The notes under the pieces are model-generated. The model searched no databases and was not told where the DNA came from. It was given only the letters and a program-made list of their open reading frames with translations. From the NCBI GenBank assembly GCA_012295275.1, contig CM022674.1, forward strand, positions 2,728,001-2,792,000: a DNA stretch of 64,000 nt, read 5' to 3'. The translations under genes were made by a program, and so were the position numbers. Source of the DNA: Chrysomallon squamiferum. Its lineage: Eukaryota > Animalia > Mollusca. Of the stretch, positions 40,523 through 55,452 are shown in pieces (position 1 is the stretch's first letter; each line of letters opens with the position of its first letter).

Positions 40523-42766
40523 GGTGTTGTTGTTATTATTGCTATTTTAGAATTATCATCATCATCATCATCATTATCACGCCACCATCGTCATTGTTTT
40601 AATCGAAGAACAAAAGATTGATTTATTACTAGATATACATTTACCATTTTTTAACTTGTATTTAAAAGAAACCAATCGATTACGGAAACGGGGTAGAAAA
40701 AAAAAAAGCTCAATATTAGTTACTGGAATAAAAATAACGAATTTCTGAAGATGGGACTTGTTTTGTTAAAAAGAAGCAAGAAGCAAAATGAATAAACGAA
40801 AAACTAATAAATGAACGAACAAACAAAATGAATAAATTAAACTCTAAAAATAAACAAAAAACCGTACAGAGGCAAAACGTAACAAAAATCCCCAAGAATA
40901 ATAAACACACACACAACCATAAAAAAAAAAAAAAAAAATTTTTTAAATAAATAAAATAAAATAAAAAAAAATAAATTAAAATAAAATAAATAAATAAATA
41001 AATAAATAAATTAAAATAAATAAATAATAAAATAAATAAATAAATAAAATAAAATAAAATAAATAAATAAATAAATAAATAAATATATAAATAAATAAAA
41101 CAAAAGAAACAATGTGATTGAAAAAGCATCACTTAAAGTAACTAGTCTGCTGAAGCCTTCTCCTTTGGAGAAAAGATTCAAAATACTAGCTGCCTAACTA
41201 TTCCTCTGTCTTCTCTCTCATCTGGCATCTGATTATATATAAATATATATATATATTTAGTGTATGTAGATGTTTATATAAAAGAAAAAAAGTCCGAAAG
41301 GTTTGTTTTATTACTATTTTAAATTTTTTCTTTTTGCTCTTATGCTACTCATACTGTGAACTTAATTTTTTTCATTAGAATATTTTGGCTGCTAGTTATT
41401 TTCAGTAATGATTTCCTCTTCTGTCGGTTATGTACATTTCTGGCAGAATAAAGAAATAATGAGTTAATCTGCTTTGCTTCCTGACAAAAGCAATATGAAT
41501 AAACGAAAAAAAAAAAAAAAAAAAAAAAAAAATGAATGAATAAAAAATAAATAAATAAATAAAAAATAAAAAATAAAAATTATAAATATAATCCACCCCA
41601 CTGAACCTACTTGAATATTATAATATTACCGAAGAGAAAGGCCGTCTTTGTACTTGAAACCTCATTTTGGCGTCTACAGTTTCTATTTTCTTCAAATCTT
41701 CGTAACTAGATCAGACAGAAACATGAATGAAAGTTTGTTTTATATGTTTTCAGGCGTTCAGAAGCTCATGCTGTTATGTTTCCCTTGTAAAACACAAACA
41801 AACGAAGACGGCAACCACAAAAAAGACGAACATGAAGACGTTTTAATTCCAGTTAGTCTTGTTGGCCTTTTATTACACTATACACGTTATCATGTTAGGT
41901 ATAGGCTAACGACTAATAGGTAAATAATAAATATATTACTTACTGTAGTGTATGTTATTTATTGCTGTTTCAACTACAATAAACATGTCCGTATACAAGA
42001 TGGCTGCCACTGAATCCAAGAAAATTTATTGGAACTACTAGTAAGATAGAAACATAAATAAAAAGTGGTTTTATATGTTTTCACGACTAGAGAATCGAAT
42101 GCATTTATGATCTGAAAAAAAAAAAAAAAATAAAATAAATAAAATAAAATAAAATAATAAATAAATAAATAATAAATAAAAAAAGATGTAGAAAATGCAC
42201 ATTCTTAAGAAGCCTTAACCGTTTTTACATTTTAAATGTTTGGCTTGTTGAACTATCTCAATTGTGTTCTTGTCTTTTCCTGTGCTTTCTGAAGTAGCTG
42301 AGTTTATAATTTAATAAAACGAGTTTTGATGTTTATTGGCACTTGCAAAGTAACCTTTAGCTTCTGAATGTAACGTAACGTGCACTCAACATTTGAAGAA
42401 TTCACAGCTAACTTAAATTTTCCTTAGCTATTTTTCACTTTATTAACGACAACGTAAAATCTGCCTAGCTACGTGTTTTAAATGTTGAACTATTCAGAAA
42501 ACACGAGATTGTAAACTTAAATAAATATATGTTGTTTCGTGAAATAAAACAAGAATATTGTAATTTAAAGTCAATGGGTGATTTGTACAAGATTATTTAT
42601 ACAAATAAATAAATAACCATTACCTCTCCACCGGAAATAATATTAGCTTGTAGGTTATTGTAAATTCCTCCAGGACAGGACGCACCATAGACGTAGTTTA
42701 TATTTGTTGTAAAACAAATCAAACAAAGAAGATGATTAGAAACAAGACTAAATATTCCCCGAAGGC

Positions 42767-42799
<33 letters not shown>

Positions 42800-43441
42800 C
42801 TGAAATCAGTTTGATAACGAGGCTCTGTGTGCTGAAATTACGGATGAACCTACACATTCACATACCAAAGCACAAGGAAAAAAATGTTTTTTTTTTTTTT
42901 TTTTTTCACGTGTAATTTTGAGTCTTTTTTTTTTTTTTTTTTTTTTTCTTCGTAATTTGTGTTTTCTTACAGTTTTTCATGTCAATTTGTTAATAATGAT
43001 GTAATACATTTCATGTTACTTTGCACAAAAAAGAAGCTTCATTCTAGCTACTAATTTTTCTGCTATTCACTTACGTTTCACTTACTATATGTATATTATT
43101 TTGCCATCAATCAGACGTAGGGTATTTCGTATTCTTGTTTTCTTGTTCAAACGTAAAAAAAAACACAAAAAACCCAGAGACACCAGTAGAAGAGAAACAG
43201 GAGACAGACGATATTACCAGAGATAATAAATAACTTGGAAACCAATTAAAGCAAGTGAGAAAGTCTGTTGACTGAGAAAGGATAAAACAAATATTTCACA
43301 CAGAACAGAATTCGCGTTAAATTCTTCCACAGCAAAACACGACATGGACGAAGTTAACTGAGGAAAATGATTCGTGAACATGTGTGAACGTGGGTGTTTG
43401 TCTCAGTATCCTGTATGATTGTGTTTTTGTTTTATTAGTTC

Positions 43442-43484
<43 letters not shown>

Positions 43485-43669
43485 TTTTTCTCAAAGGCAA
43501 TTGCCTGTTTGTTCGTCTGGCAAAAACTTAATCATGCGGCAAATGACGTCAAAGAAAATGAAATTCAAAATTTTGCTGAGTGCATTTGGGTTTTGTCATA
43601 GATTTTGTGAAAACAGATTCTGTTTAAGTTAAGATTAAGTGATAAAAATTAAATTTATAATAGTAAGTA

Positions 43670-43717
<48 letters not shown>

Positions 43718-45830
43718 CTGTCTGTCTGTGTATATGTGTGTGTGTTCAGTATTAATGACCGTTAGAGACCGTAATGAAATTTAAATAATTATGATGCAAT
43801 GGATACTCATGCAGATATCATTCACACTACAAATGTATCTAAGTAACTGAATATTTAAAAACACATTCACGAAACACACAAAAACAAAAGTGTGAATTCT
43901 AATAATTCAGTCCTTAAGGAACTGGCTGGAGTGTGACACAGAAATCAGACTCGAAGTCATGAATACACGCATCCTCCTCATCTGTGGATTTTGATTCAGA
44001 AATCATACCCACTGTCCGGCCGGTCCATCGCGAAGAACCGGACAACGGTCACTCTGGGATGCAGAACTGTCCGAAATTAAGGATGGTTGGTTAAAGAGAT
44101 AGTGGAACTGGTTACTGAAGGAAAAAAAAACCACAAAAAAAAACCCAACCTAAGTTCGTCACAAACAGAGTATGAGCTGGACGTAAATCTATTGATCCGA
44201 ACATCAGTGCGTTTATTTAGCTTACTCCATCCAGCCTCCTTCACTTCTTAATACGTTTGTCGTTTAGGCTTCCCCCGGGGGACTCACAACAGTGGGTGGC
44301 GCATTTCTCTGTATCACTCCCAGACCGCCCGTGACCGACAGAGCAACGCGACAAATTGGATTCCGCCGAGAAGAGCGAAGTAAGGCCGACAATTCGTACG
44401 AGTTCATTAGATTAATTGTTTGCAGAGGGAAAACAACCATGCTTATCGCTGGCTCCGTCTGGCTGTCTTTACTGTACCAGTTTTTAAATCGCTGCGAACT
44501 ACAGGTGCTAGAGTCGACTCTGGCGGATTTGAGTATCATTTGATAACGTTAATCAGTGCGACTGTTTCGTTGTTGTTGTTTTTTTTTTTTGTTTCGCCTC
44601 GTTTAATCATGATTTATCGTCTAATTTCGAACCTCTGGGTCGGCTGGATGTGAACAGTTTATTTAACAGCTTTCTCAAGGATGTTTTGATCAGCATTTCG
44701 AGGCAAAAGGAAATTGTTTTTAATTTTTATAATTTTTATTTTTAATTTTTTTTTAACCACACTATAGGTGTATAATCCTTTTTTTTTTGTTTTAAAAATT
44801 TTATAATTCGATTTGGATATCTGGAGACACACAGTTATATAAATTTGTTATGTAATTAATAATATATCATAATACGTACTGTGTGACGTGAACAAACTGG
44901 GATACAAGAAAATCTGATTCACAGATTAACTTTATTTACGTCGACGTTTGTTCGCATACGTTTTGAAGACGTCCGGATAATCGTAGTTTCACACCAGAAT
45001 ATCGGAACGCGCATTCCATACTGGTGCTAATTATGTTACATTACGAGAACAGAAAATTGGAAATAATTTAACACAATTAAATAGAAATAAAGTTGAAATA
45101 TATTTCTGACTTCTTCGAGCATGAATTTTTTTTCTCTAATACCAGCATTCTGGTAAAGCAAACAGAAAAAAAAGAAGAGGAAATTAACAAATAATAATAA
45201 TAAAAAAAAAAATACAGTTCGTGTGCTGAAAGAGGTGAAATATCTTGATGAATTGATTCCGAAAATTAATATCGATTTTTGTATCACGATTTCAAAAAAA
45301 ACAACAACTGGATCGATATTTTTGACTGATCAGTTAACCATTATTTTCGGTTGGTTGTTAATCTGAAATATCTACAGCTGCTAGGAATCGACAGTGTGAT
45401 CTTTAATGTCTGTTTCTTTGTATACTGTTTTTGAAAATGTGTTAATACTCTTAATAGCAGGCAGAGGTAGACACAAGTCGACAAGAACAGCACACAGTGT
45501 TCGTTGTTACTGTGCGACTTTCACAGAGAAATTAAAGGAAGATTTCACGTCGATTCGCTGTTGTTATTCCGTATTTACATCACAAAGTACCCATCAATCA
45601 TGCTGAATTATTAATGTGACTTCTTCAATTGGATTCGTAAAGACAGCTGTCATTTCGTTTTGTTACTCTGAAACAACAAACTTCCGCCTTGCATTTTTCT
45701 TTTAAACATTTTCCTGTTTTAGATTCAAAGACTTCAGTAACGAAACGGTAAGATATTTTTTTATTTCCCAGTTAACGTTCTTTTTATCTTTTTTTTAATT
45801 CTTTTTTTAAATTTATTAATATTATTATTA

Positions 45831-46105
45831 TTATTGATTTAATAATTTCTGTTAAAACTGTGCTAAAGTCTACTTTTTATTTAAACTTTCTTGTTAAATT
45901 TAATAATTTCTATTAAAACTGAACTAAAGTATTTTTCTTATTTAAACCTTATTATTAGATTTAACAATTTCTATTGAAAACATTTTGAAACTTTTGCTTA
46001 TTGGATTTAATAATCTCTGTTAAAACTATTGCAAAGTATTTTTGTTATTTAAACTTTCTTATCAAATTTAATCATTTCGGTTGAAAACAGTGTAAAAGGT
46101 TTCTG
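45831..46105. repeat. Diverged ~61-bp minisatellite, about 5 units
   Basis: Unit ttattagatttaataatttctgttaaaactgtgctaaagtatttttgttatttaaactttc, starting near 45831, 45891, 45952, 45998 and 46058. Confidence 0.8.
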
Positions 46106-46628
46106 CTTTACAGTAAAATGTTTCTTGTTACGTCAACTTTCCTTATGTTTAGATTTCGGGTGATGGATTAATTTCATTTTCTTTTGGATTCACCTTCTGA
46201 AGATCTGCATGGAAATAATGTCGGTGTATTGATTAATTATCTAAGTTGGCGACCTTGTGTTTAACGCCATAGTAAGGTTTCACTGTGTTGTTGTTGTTGT
46301 TGTTGTTGTTGTTGCTTTTCCTGTCTTCTTCTACTGACAAATCATGAGATCAATTTTTTGAAACGATTCCGTGCTGTTTTGTTTAGAAATTGACTTAATT
46401 ACGGAATGACAGAGTACAGAAAGGCACAAAAATACCATCATGTGTTGTGTTTATAATGAATTTTTTTTTCAGGTTATTCCTTTATGGAAAACCGTATATA
46501 CACACAATTATATTGATGCAGAAAACTGTATTTTATGAGCTTGTCTTTTTTATTTTTTTTTCTGTATTTCTTTCTTTTTTTTTACCTTCATGGATTTTCA
46601 TAACTAAATACGCTGGAAATACGTTTAC

Positions 46629-46671
<43 letters not shown>

Positions 46672-48834
46672 ATTTTCTTGATTTAATATGCACAACTGTT
46701 CTTTTCTCTCTGTAACCAATTGGAGTTCGTGAGTCTTAGTAACACAACGTCTTTTTTTTTTTTTTTCTTCATTTTCTTCATCGTAACATATCGTCTTATT
46801 GGATTTTTTTTTTTTTTTTTTTCGTTTTTCGTTGCTGTTTATTTCAACGCTATAACATTACAAATAATTAGTTTGGGAACAAGTTTTACGCCTGGCTGAA
46901 ACCTTACAAGAAATATTTCAATCACGAATAGTTAACACTTGTTATTTTCTGTTTTTTACGCAACCAACAAACCTGGATTTCGTTACTATAACGTATCATC
47001 TTCATTATTTATTCTTTTCTCAGAACTGTGGTTTCTCGAATAACTGCACTGGCGTTGCGTTTTTTACGAATATACAGTCGCAAAGCTTTCTCGCTAATGA
47101 CGGTATTTCTGGGCGATTTGCTTTCCCGTTATCTTTGCTATCATTGATAATTTACGGAATTCGTTTACTCGGTCTTTTCCTTCGTTTGCGATAAATCACT
47201 GGAGCTTTAAACGTGTTATTACCATAAACAGTTAACGTCGTTCTTGAAACACGCCGTTCTGCAGTTCGTTGACGGAACAACGGAAAGATAATGAAACTGG
47301 CTCCAAAAAAGCTGTCGGTACTGTCTTTGGTGGCTTTAATGGAGTTAGAACGTATTACTGCGACAAAGGCAATGTATTTTCTAGTGTTCGTTTAAACTGT
47401 ATAACTTCAGCATTGATAAAAAATATATATAAAAAAAAATAGAGCAAAAATATTAAAAGTGGGTAATATTCTATTTTTTTTTTTTTTTTTTTTTTTTACA
47501 GTCAGTATTTATCATTATACGTAAAAGATTTTTTTTGACTCATAAACTGGTTCTGTTGCTGTTTGAGACACGTAATATATTAACAAATAATATTAGAAAA
47601 TATTAACAAAAGAAAAAAAAAAAAACTAAATTTTTACGATTAAACACGAATTAATACAATTCTAAAAACAGCGATTCTTCTCTCATGAATCACTAATAAC
47701 GATTTGAAGAAATATTAATCGTTTTAACTAATTATTCGCGTATTAAAGACAATATTTTAATATCTTGCTAAAAGAATCAATTGTATCACGACAAAGGGAC
47801 TTGTTAGTGAGGCTTAGTGACTGTACCGTAACAAGCTTAATCTGTTAATCATATCAGATCATAAAGCCCGGCAAGAAATCTTTCATGTCTGGTAAGTCAA
47901 TACTGAAACGAGCCAGAGCTTCCAACATTGCGCACTGGAATCTGCGGGCATCTTTCACAAGTGTCATCAAAGCTTGATGAGTTAAAATCACATCTGCCTG
48001 CTTTGTTAAATACTGTTAATTCGTTCGAACGATTTCTGCGACTTCGGAGGACGCGGAGAGATATAATTAGCTGAATCTCCTGAAGCACGCAACGACGCTG
48101 TTACCAGTTTGGCCAACGTCATTGATGTAGCTTCTTCTGTCGTCGTCGTTTTCTGACGAGGATTTCAACTGAAGAGTGCCAGGGATGATATCCGGCATGT
48201 GTTTCAGAAAATAGAAAGAAGAATAACAACAAAAATTAACAACAAAAACAACAAAAAGAAAAGAGAAAAACATCAAAGACCTTAAATCAAAAGAAAGTGA
48301 CTAAAGAAAAGAAAGACGAGAGAAAAGTGCAAATCAAGAGGACAATTGAAGTGTTTGGTTCGAAAACGCTATAAATCCATTTTCTTTGTTTTGAGTCTGC
48401 TCTGGAGTTTATCACGTTATGGAACGAAGGTTTATAGTCTAATGAGGAGATTAGCTGCGGATATAGAAGTTTTGTTAAAATGAACCTGGGACGTTGAACA
48501 GCCGTCAAATGCTGAACTTTTGGTGCCGTTTTTTTTGAACAAAATTTATAATGGCGTTTGGCGCGTTTTGGATTTAAAGTCTTTATGAAACACTCATGTT
48601 ATAAAAGCTTGAATAACTAACAACAAAACGTATTGGTAAGAAAGGAAAAAATAGAAAAATAAAGGAAAGGTAATAAAAAAGCAACAGAAGAATTTTACAA
48701 TTAAAGAAAAAAAAATCCGAAAATTAAAAATTAACGAAGAAAAAAAAAATAATCGCTTGGTGAAATACTGATTTCAAATAAACTTGAAATGTAATGTTTT
48801 CAATCATTCTGTCTAAGCAACAGCAATGGATATA

Positions 48835-48869
<35 letters not shown>

Positions 48870-50454
48870 AACAAAAAACAAACATATATATTATTAAAGT
48901 TTTAATAGTTCTTTTTTTCTTCTTTTTTTCAGAAACAAGACGATCCAAAAAGCAATCAGTGTCACTGAACATTCCTGGGTGAATTATTGTGCCTAATATT
49001 CAATATCTGCTACTTTTTTTTTTTCCTGTGTTGAAGTGTCGACGAATATGTTTTTTACATATTACTGTGCCTTCACAAGAATATTGGATTTTCATATAAA
49101 ACTGCTCACACTACCCATATCAATATCAGTTACAGACACACATATTGTTTTGGAGTAAGTAATGACACAGTGTTTTATGGATACTGACGCCACGAAGAAA
49201 TATCTTGTGTCTAATACGGTAACAGAGAAGTTGGAATTTTATTTGCTAATAAGAGTATTCTTCAGTCGTAAGTTAGCTTAGTTTTGAAACTAGATACAAC
49301 GCCAGCGATCGTAATTGCGAATCCCGTTGTGTAAACTGTGAAGCACATTTTATGACGTAAAAACTGGAGACAAGATTTTTTTTTTTTTTTTAATTACGAA
49401 GGATCCGAGATTTAAATAAGAAGCTCGTTTATTAGTCAAATTATTTCAAGACGAGTGTGCGGGTTCGTTAAAAAAGAGAGTTTTAGACTGTTGAGTGCAG
49501 AGCGGATTCTTGATACAATTTTAACTCTTGAGTTTGACAGACAGTATTTGTGTTACCAAGAACCCCAAAAAAAAACGGCAGCGTATGACTTCAACGACGA
49601 CGGTGTACGTCATCAGGTATATTAAAAATAAAATCAAGTTTAATTTGGCACGATATTCCTTTTACCAGGCATCAGAAAAAAAAAAGAAGTAAAAAAAAAA
49701 AAAATAAATAAATATAATAAAAAGTAAAGATTCCCCTATGGTAAAATAAACATTCTGGTTACGAATTATCAAAATTAAGAGAGTGTTTTTTTTAGAATAC
49801 CGCAGCTGTGACTGCTGGAAGCAAAACGAGGTCTGTTTCTTAAAAAAAAGACAAACTACTTTCCGGTTACAAAACACTGAGAGAGAGAGAGAGCGAAAAA
49901 AAAAAAAAAAAAAAAAAAAAAACATTCTTCAGGCAGATAGGGATAGCTAATATTTTTACTTAAGAAAAAACAACACTCGTATTAGCAAATACCAAAACAG
50001 ATTTCTTGTCTCAGTGAAAAAGTACGATTCTTGAAACAAAACACAAACAAAATAAAAAATAAAATCATTTTCAAACACTATTCATATATTCAGCACGATT
50101 CATTTTCTGTGAAAGGTAAATATACTTCTGTCACCAAGAACCAAATCGAGGAAGAAGATTCTGGATGAAAGTCACCAAGGACGAAATCGGGCGAGATTTT
50201 CTATGAAGAACAACAAACCTCCTTGTCACCAGCAGTGTGGTCCACGTGGCGGTTGTGACGTGAAACGTGGCTGTTTGCTGGGTCAGTTCTAATCTCAATG
50301 AAATCTGCTTTGATGTTTCCACCGTGGAAAATGTTTTCTCAGACATCCACTGCGGCCTGCCTGTCTGGAATTTGGTGAGTACTTTTTTTTAATTTTATTA
50401 TTATTATTATTTTTTTTTTAAACTAATTGTTGTAAACAAACAGTGAATCCTAAA

Positions 50455-52300
50455 TACAGGTCGATTCCCGTATTATACAACTGTTATAGGTCGATTCTTC
50501 TATCGCATAGCTGGTATAGGTCGAATGTTGTATAATATAGCTGCTATAGGTCCACTTGTATATCACATAGCTAATAGAGGTCGACTCCTGTATCACATAT
50601 CTATTAGAGGTCGACTTGTGTATCACATATCTATTAGAGGTCGACCTGTGTATCACATAGCTGTTAGAGGTCGACTTGTATATCACATAGCTGTTAGAGG
50701 TCGACTCCTGTATTACATAGCTGTTAGAGGTCGACTTGTATATCACATAGCTGTTAGAGGTCGACTCCTGTATCACATAGCTTTTAGAGGTCGACTTGTA
50801 TATCACATAGCTGTTAGAGGTCGACTTGTATATCACACAGCTGTTAGAAGTCGACTTGTAAATCACACAGCTGTTAGAGGTCGACTTGTATATCACATAT
50901 CTGTTAGAGGTCGACTTGTGTATCACATAGCTGTTATAGGTCGACTGTTGTATCACACAGCTGATATAGGTCCACTTGTATATCACATAGCTGATATAGG
51001 TCGACTTGTATATCACATAGCTGTTAGAGGTCGACTTGTTTATCACATAGCTGTTAGAGGTCGACTTGTTTATCACATAGCTGGTACAGGTCGACTTGTA
51101 TATCACATAGCTGTTAGAGGTCGACTTGTATATCACATATCTATTAGAGGTCGACTTGTATATCACATAGCTGTTAGAGGTCGACTTGTATATCACATAT
51201 CTGTTATAGGTCCACTTGTATATCACATAGCTGTTAGAAGTCGACTTGTGTATCACATATCTGTTAGAGGTCGACTTGTATATCACATAGCTGTTAGAAG
51301 TCGACTTGTGTATCACATATCTGTTAGAGGTCGACTTGTATATCACATAGCTGTTAGAAGTCGACGTGTGTATCACATATCTGTTAGAGGTCGACTTGTA
51401 TATCACATAGCTGTTAGAAGTCGACTTGTGTATCACATAGCTGGTACAGGTTGACTCCTGTATCACATAACTGGTATAGATCGACTGTTGTATCACATAG
51501 CTGGTATAGGTCGACTGTTGTATCACATAGCTGTTATATGTCGACTGTTGTATCACATAGATGTTATAGGTCGACTGTTGTATCACATAGCTGTTATAGG
51601 TCGACTGTTGTATCGCATAGATGTTATAGGTCGACTGTTGTATCACATAGCTGTTATAGGTCGACTCTTGTATCACATAGTTGGTATATGTCGACTGTTG
51701 TGTCACATAGCTGTTATAGGTCGACTGTTGTATCGCATAGCTGTTACAGATCGACTGTTGTATCACATAGCTGTTATAGGTCGACTGTTGTATCACATAC
51801 CTGTTATAGGTCGACTGTTGTATCACATAGCTGTTATATGTCGACTGTTGTATCACATAGCTGTTATATGTCGACTGTTGTATCACGTACCTGTTATGGG
51901 TCGACTGTTGTATCACGTAGCTGTTATAGGTCGACTGTTGTATCACGTAGCTGGTATCCGAACATTTATAGAAAATACAGTGTTGTTTTCCAGACATGGT
52001 ACATAATGACTGACGTATCACATAATTTTAAAAATTTGTACTTGTCCACTGTTGTATTATAGAGATGGAACACTATTGTATCACAGATGTGGTACGCTTG
52101 GACTGTCGTATCACCGAAATAGTTGTATCACAGAATTAGTGTAGGAGCAATGTTGTATCACGAAAAAATACGGTCAGACTGTTGTATCTCAGAAATGGTA
52201 CAGATCACCTGTTGTATCATAAATATAGCACAAGCTCGATTGTTGTACCATCAGTTGATATGGATCAATTTTTGTATCACAGAGATGGTACAGGTTCACT
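50455..52300. repeat. 30-bp minisatellite (~50 regular units, 50455-51960) with a degenerate tail to ~52300
   Basis: Unit GTCGACTTGTATATCACATAGCTGTTAGAG on the left and GTCGACTGTTGTATCACATAGCTGTTATAG on the right. Strict 30-bp phase, no spacers. Confidence 0.97.
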
Positions 52301-52439
52301 AGCTAATATTCAAAATGTACGAAGGAAAAATGGTTCGCTGACTTTGTAACGGACAAATTAAATGAACCTAGTAGTGTAGAAAAAAAATGTTAATGCAGGT
52401 ATATACCCTCCGAAAACCCCCCAAAACAACAACAACAAC

Positions 52440-52538
<99 letters not shown>

Positions 52539-52843
52539 CATTATTATAAATAAATAAATAAATAAATAAACAAAACAGTGAAAGAAGAAATTTTCATCAG
52601 AATTAGGTTAATATGCTGTCGATGTTTGTAAAATTATTTTATTTTTCTTATTACTCAGATGTAAAACAGTCAAGTTATGTAGTTAGTTGTGCTTGGACTG
52701 TAAATAAAATAAGGTAAATACATCTCTAGTATACAGTGTTAATATCAAAGTAATGACATATTTTAATTTTCTTACATTAGTGCAATATGTGATTTTTGAA
52801 ACAGATACAAAAAAATAAAATAATAATTATAAATAAAAATAAA

Positions 52844-52924
<81 letters not shown>

Positions 52925-53690
52925 GAACAACGAAAAAGAAAGCAAACTGAACAAATAAAATAAAACCAGCGAGAATAGTTAATTAATGATAATTTAAAAA
53001 AACAAAAAAACAAACAAATGAAAACAAATTTAATTCTCAAACAAAATTCAAGGACTGCGGGACCCGTAGGTTTTTAACTTGCTACTTTGTGCGTATACTT
53101 TCCTTCATTCATGGCTAACAGTCTGTCAGATTTTGGCAGTCAAAGAAAAAGCAAATTCATACAGTTTTAAATCGGAAAAGGAATAAAATTAATATGAACT
53201 GCCGTATCAAAATAATATTTTCAGTCTCACAGCCATATTTGTTAAAAATTGCTGCATAAATAAAATTGCAGTAAGACATATTTTTTGCCGTCGATTTAAA
53301 AAAAAAAAAAATTTGTTGAACCTACAGGTTTGATTTGAAGACAAAAAATAATAATAATAAGTGCCAGAAAACTGGCTCATTTTCTGGCACTGGTGTCAGG
53401 CAAAATTTTAATCATTGTAATTAATTCTACGGTTTGTTTTCTCTGTTTTCTCATGATTACTGTGTAGCATGGACGTACATTCCTAACGAGAGAACTGCTT
53501 TTAATTATTTTCTTGTACTGAGAAAATTTGCTATCTGAGTTAATTGGTGAATGCGTATAACCCGTGTTTTATTTTTGTGATCTGCTCTTTTTTTTTTTTT
53601 TTTTTTTTTTTGTTTTTTAAAGATCGAATGGGAAAGGTAGTGCAGTTGTAGACTCTGTTTGATGACAGTGTGTGTGTGTGCGTGAGTGTG

Positions 53691-53725
<35 letters not shown>

Positions 53726-53960
53726 TTCAACATTTTAAAATAAATAACACATGTAGTTCTTGGATTTGAAGCCTGTTCCGTACTTACGTCTATCTCAGAG
53801 TCGTAAACTTTACGTTCGAGGCGTATCTGGCGTCATATGTGTGTCTTATTAGCATCTTGTTTATATATATTCGCTTCTTCATTTATTTATTTGTTTATTT
53901 ATTTATTTATTTATTTGTTTGCTTGTTTGTTTGTTTGTTTGTTTTGTTTGTTTATTATTG

Positions 53961-53991
<31 letters not shown>

Positions 53992-54021
53992 TTTGTGTGT
54001 TTGTTTGCTTGTTTATTATTG

Positions 54022-54056
<35 letters not shown>

Positions 54057-54379
54057 TGCATTTAAAACGACCGAAACAAGAAATTCACTCGCAACACATT
54101 GATTCTTGCTGTCAAATCTGTTTAAAACGTTTTCTAGCCTTTTCTTGCACTAAACCGAGTCTAACAGGCTGACCCATGTGTTTTGATGTCCATTATCGCT
54201 CCCACTACATGTAACTGTAACTGTTAATCTAATACAGGCTTTACAGAGGTCGGTTCTTAACTGAAGATGTTGTTAATACAAACATTGCATGCAGTGCAGT
54301 GAATATGTGTATTTTTTCTATTAATGATTTGCTTCGGTATGACTGTTATAAAAAAATGATTTTATTAAAGGTTCGAGTC

Positions 54380-54615
<236 letters not shown>

Positions 54616-55416
54616 GAAGGAGATATCGATAATTTAATTCAATATCGATAATATTCCATAAGATCACTGCTTTTTCTTACGTTACTATTTTATAACACAT
54701 GATAGTTTTGTGTGTATCTCTGTTTGTGTGTATGTGTATGCGTGTGTACCTACATACGTTTCAAATACCTAATAATACAATTACACACTTTTCCCTCTTA
54801 AGTGACAATTCTGTTTACACTTGTTTCGTCTTTTTGTACTGCTGCATTGCAAACACGTAACATCACATTTGAGATATATCATCTCGTTTGACAGGAAATT
54901 CTAGCTGTACCTACTTTTAGAAATGTTTATAACAGTATTAGGTACTGCGGAATATAAGTGCCGTTTTATAATTCCTGTGCATGTGATACAGAATTAAAGT
55001 TTTAATACGTCGTATCATGTAACGGTATTACTAAGAGAATTGAAATTGTAGTAATGATTAATCCGATATGAAGCGGATTAATTAATCTTGTTGCGACACA
55101 GGATTCAGAGACACTGGTTTGCAGCTGTCAATAACAGTCTTGATTCTCTGTGTAGAATGACTATAATTTTGATGGAATTACAGAAAGAAAGAAAGAAAGA
55201 AATGAATGAATGAATGAATGAATGAATAACAACTAGAATAAAAATAAATAAGCAAATATGTACATAACGATTACCTTATTGTCGCTCTCCAGTCTCCGTA
55301 GAAATACTTTGCAAATGACGTCATTTAATTATTACGTTGACGTCATATTGCCAATAACATTGCTTGTCTGTGTGTTTGTGTGTGTGTCTCTGTATTTCTA
55401 TATTTGTGTGCCTATG

Positions 55417-55452
<36 letters not shown>

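Noticed and set aside
41996-42008. YY1-like motif CAAGATGGCTGCC as a promoter
   Set aside because: It is a single short match with no gene start nearby, and such motifs are frequent inside repeats.
44264-44653. Overlapping 77-91 aa ORFs in a GC-richer island (likewise 36900-37120 and 47897-48276)
   Set aside because: No recognisable motifs and no consistent exon chain, so they are not supportable as CDS.
50455-51960. 30-bp repeat array as a CRISPR array
   Set aside because: Units are head-to-tail with no unique spacers, there are no cas genes, and the context is a eukaryotic intron-containing genome.
50525-52062. Plus-strand repeat ORFs (YHIAVRGRLV; SHSCYRSTVV) and the TATCACA resemblance to miR-2
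   Set aside because: The ORFs are by-products of a unit length divisible by three and are interrupted by stops. The miR-2 resemblance ends after 7 nt and there is no pre-miRNA hairpin.
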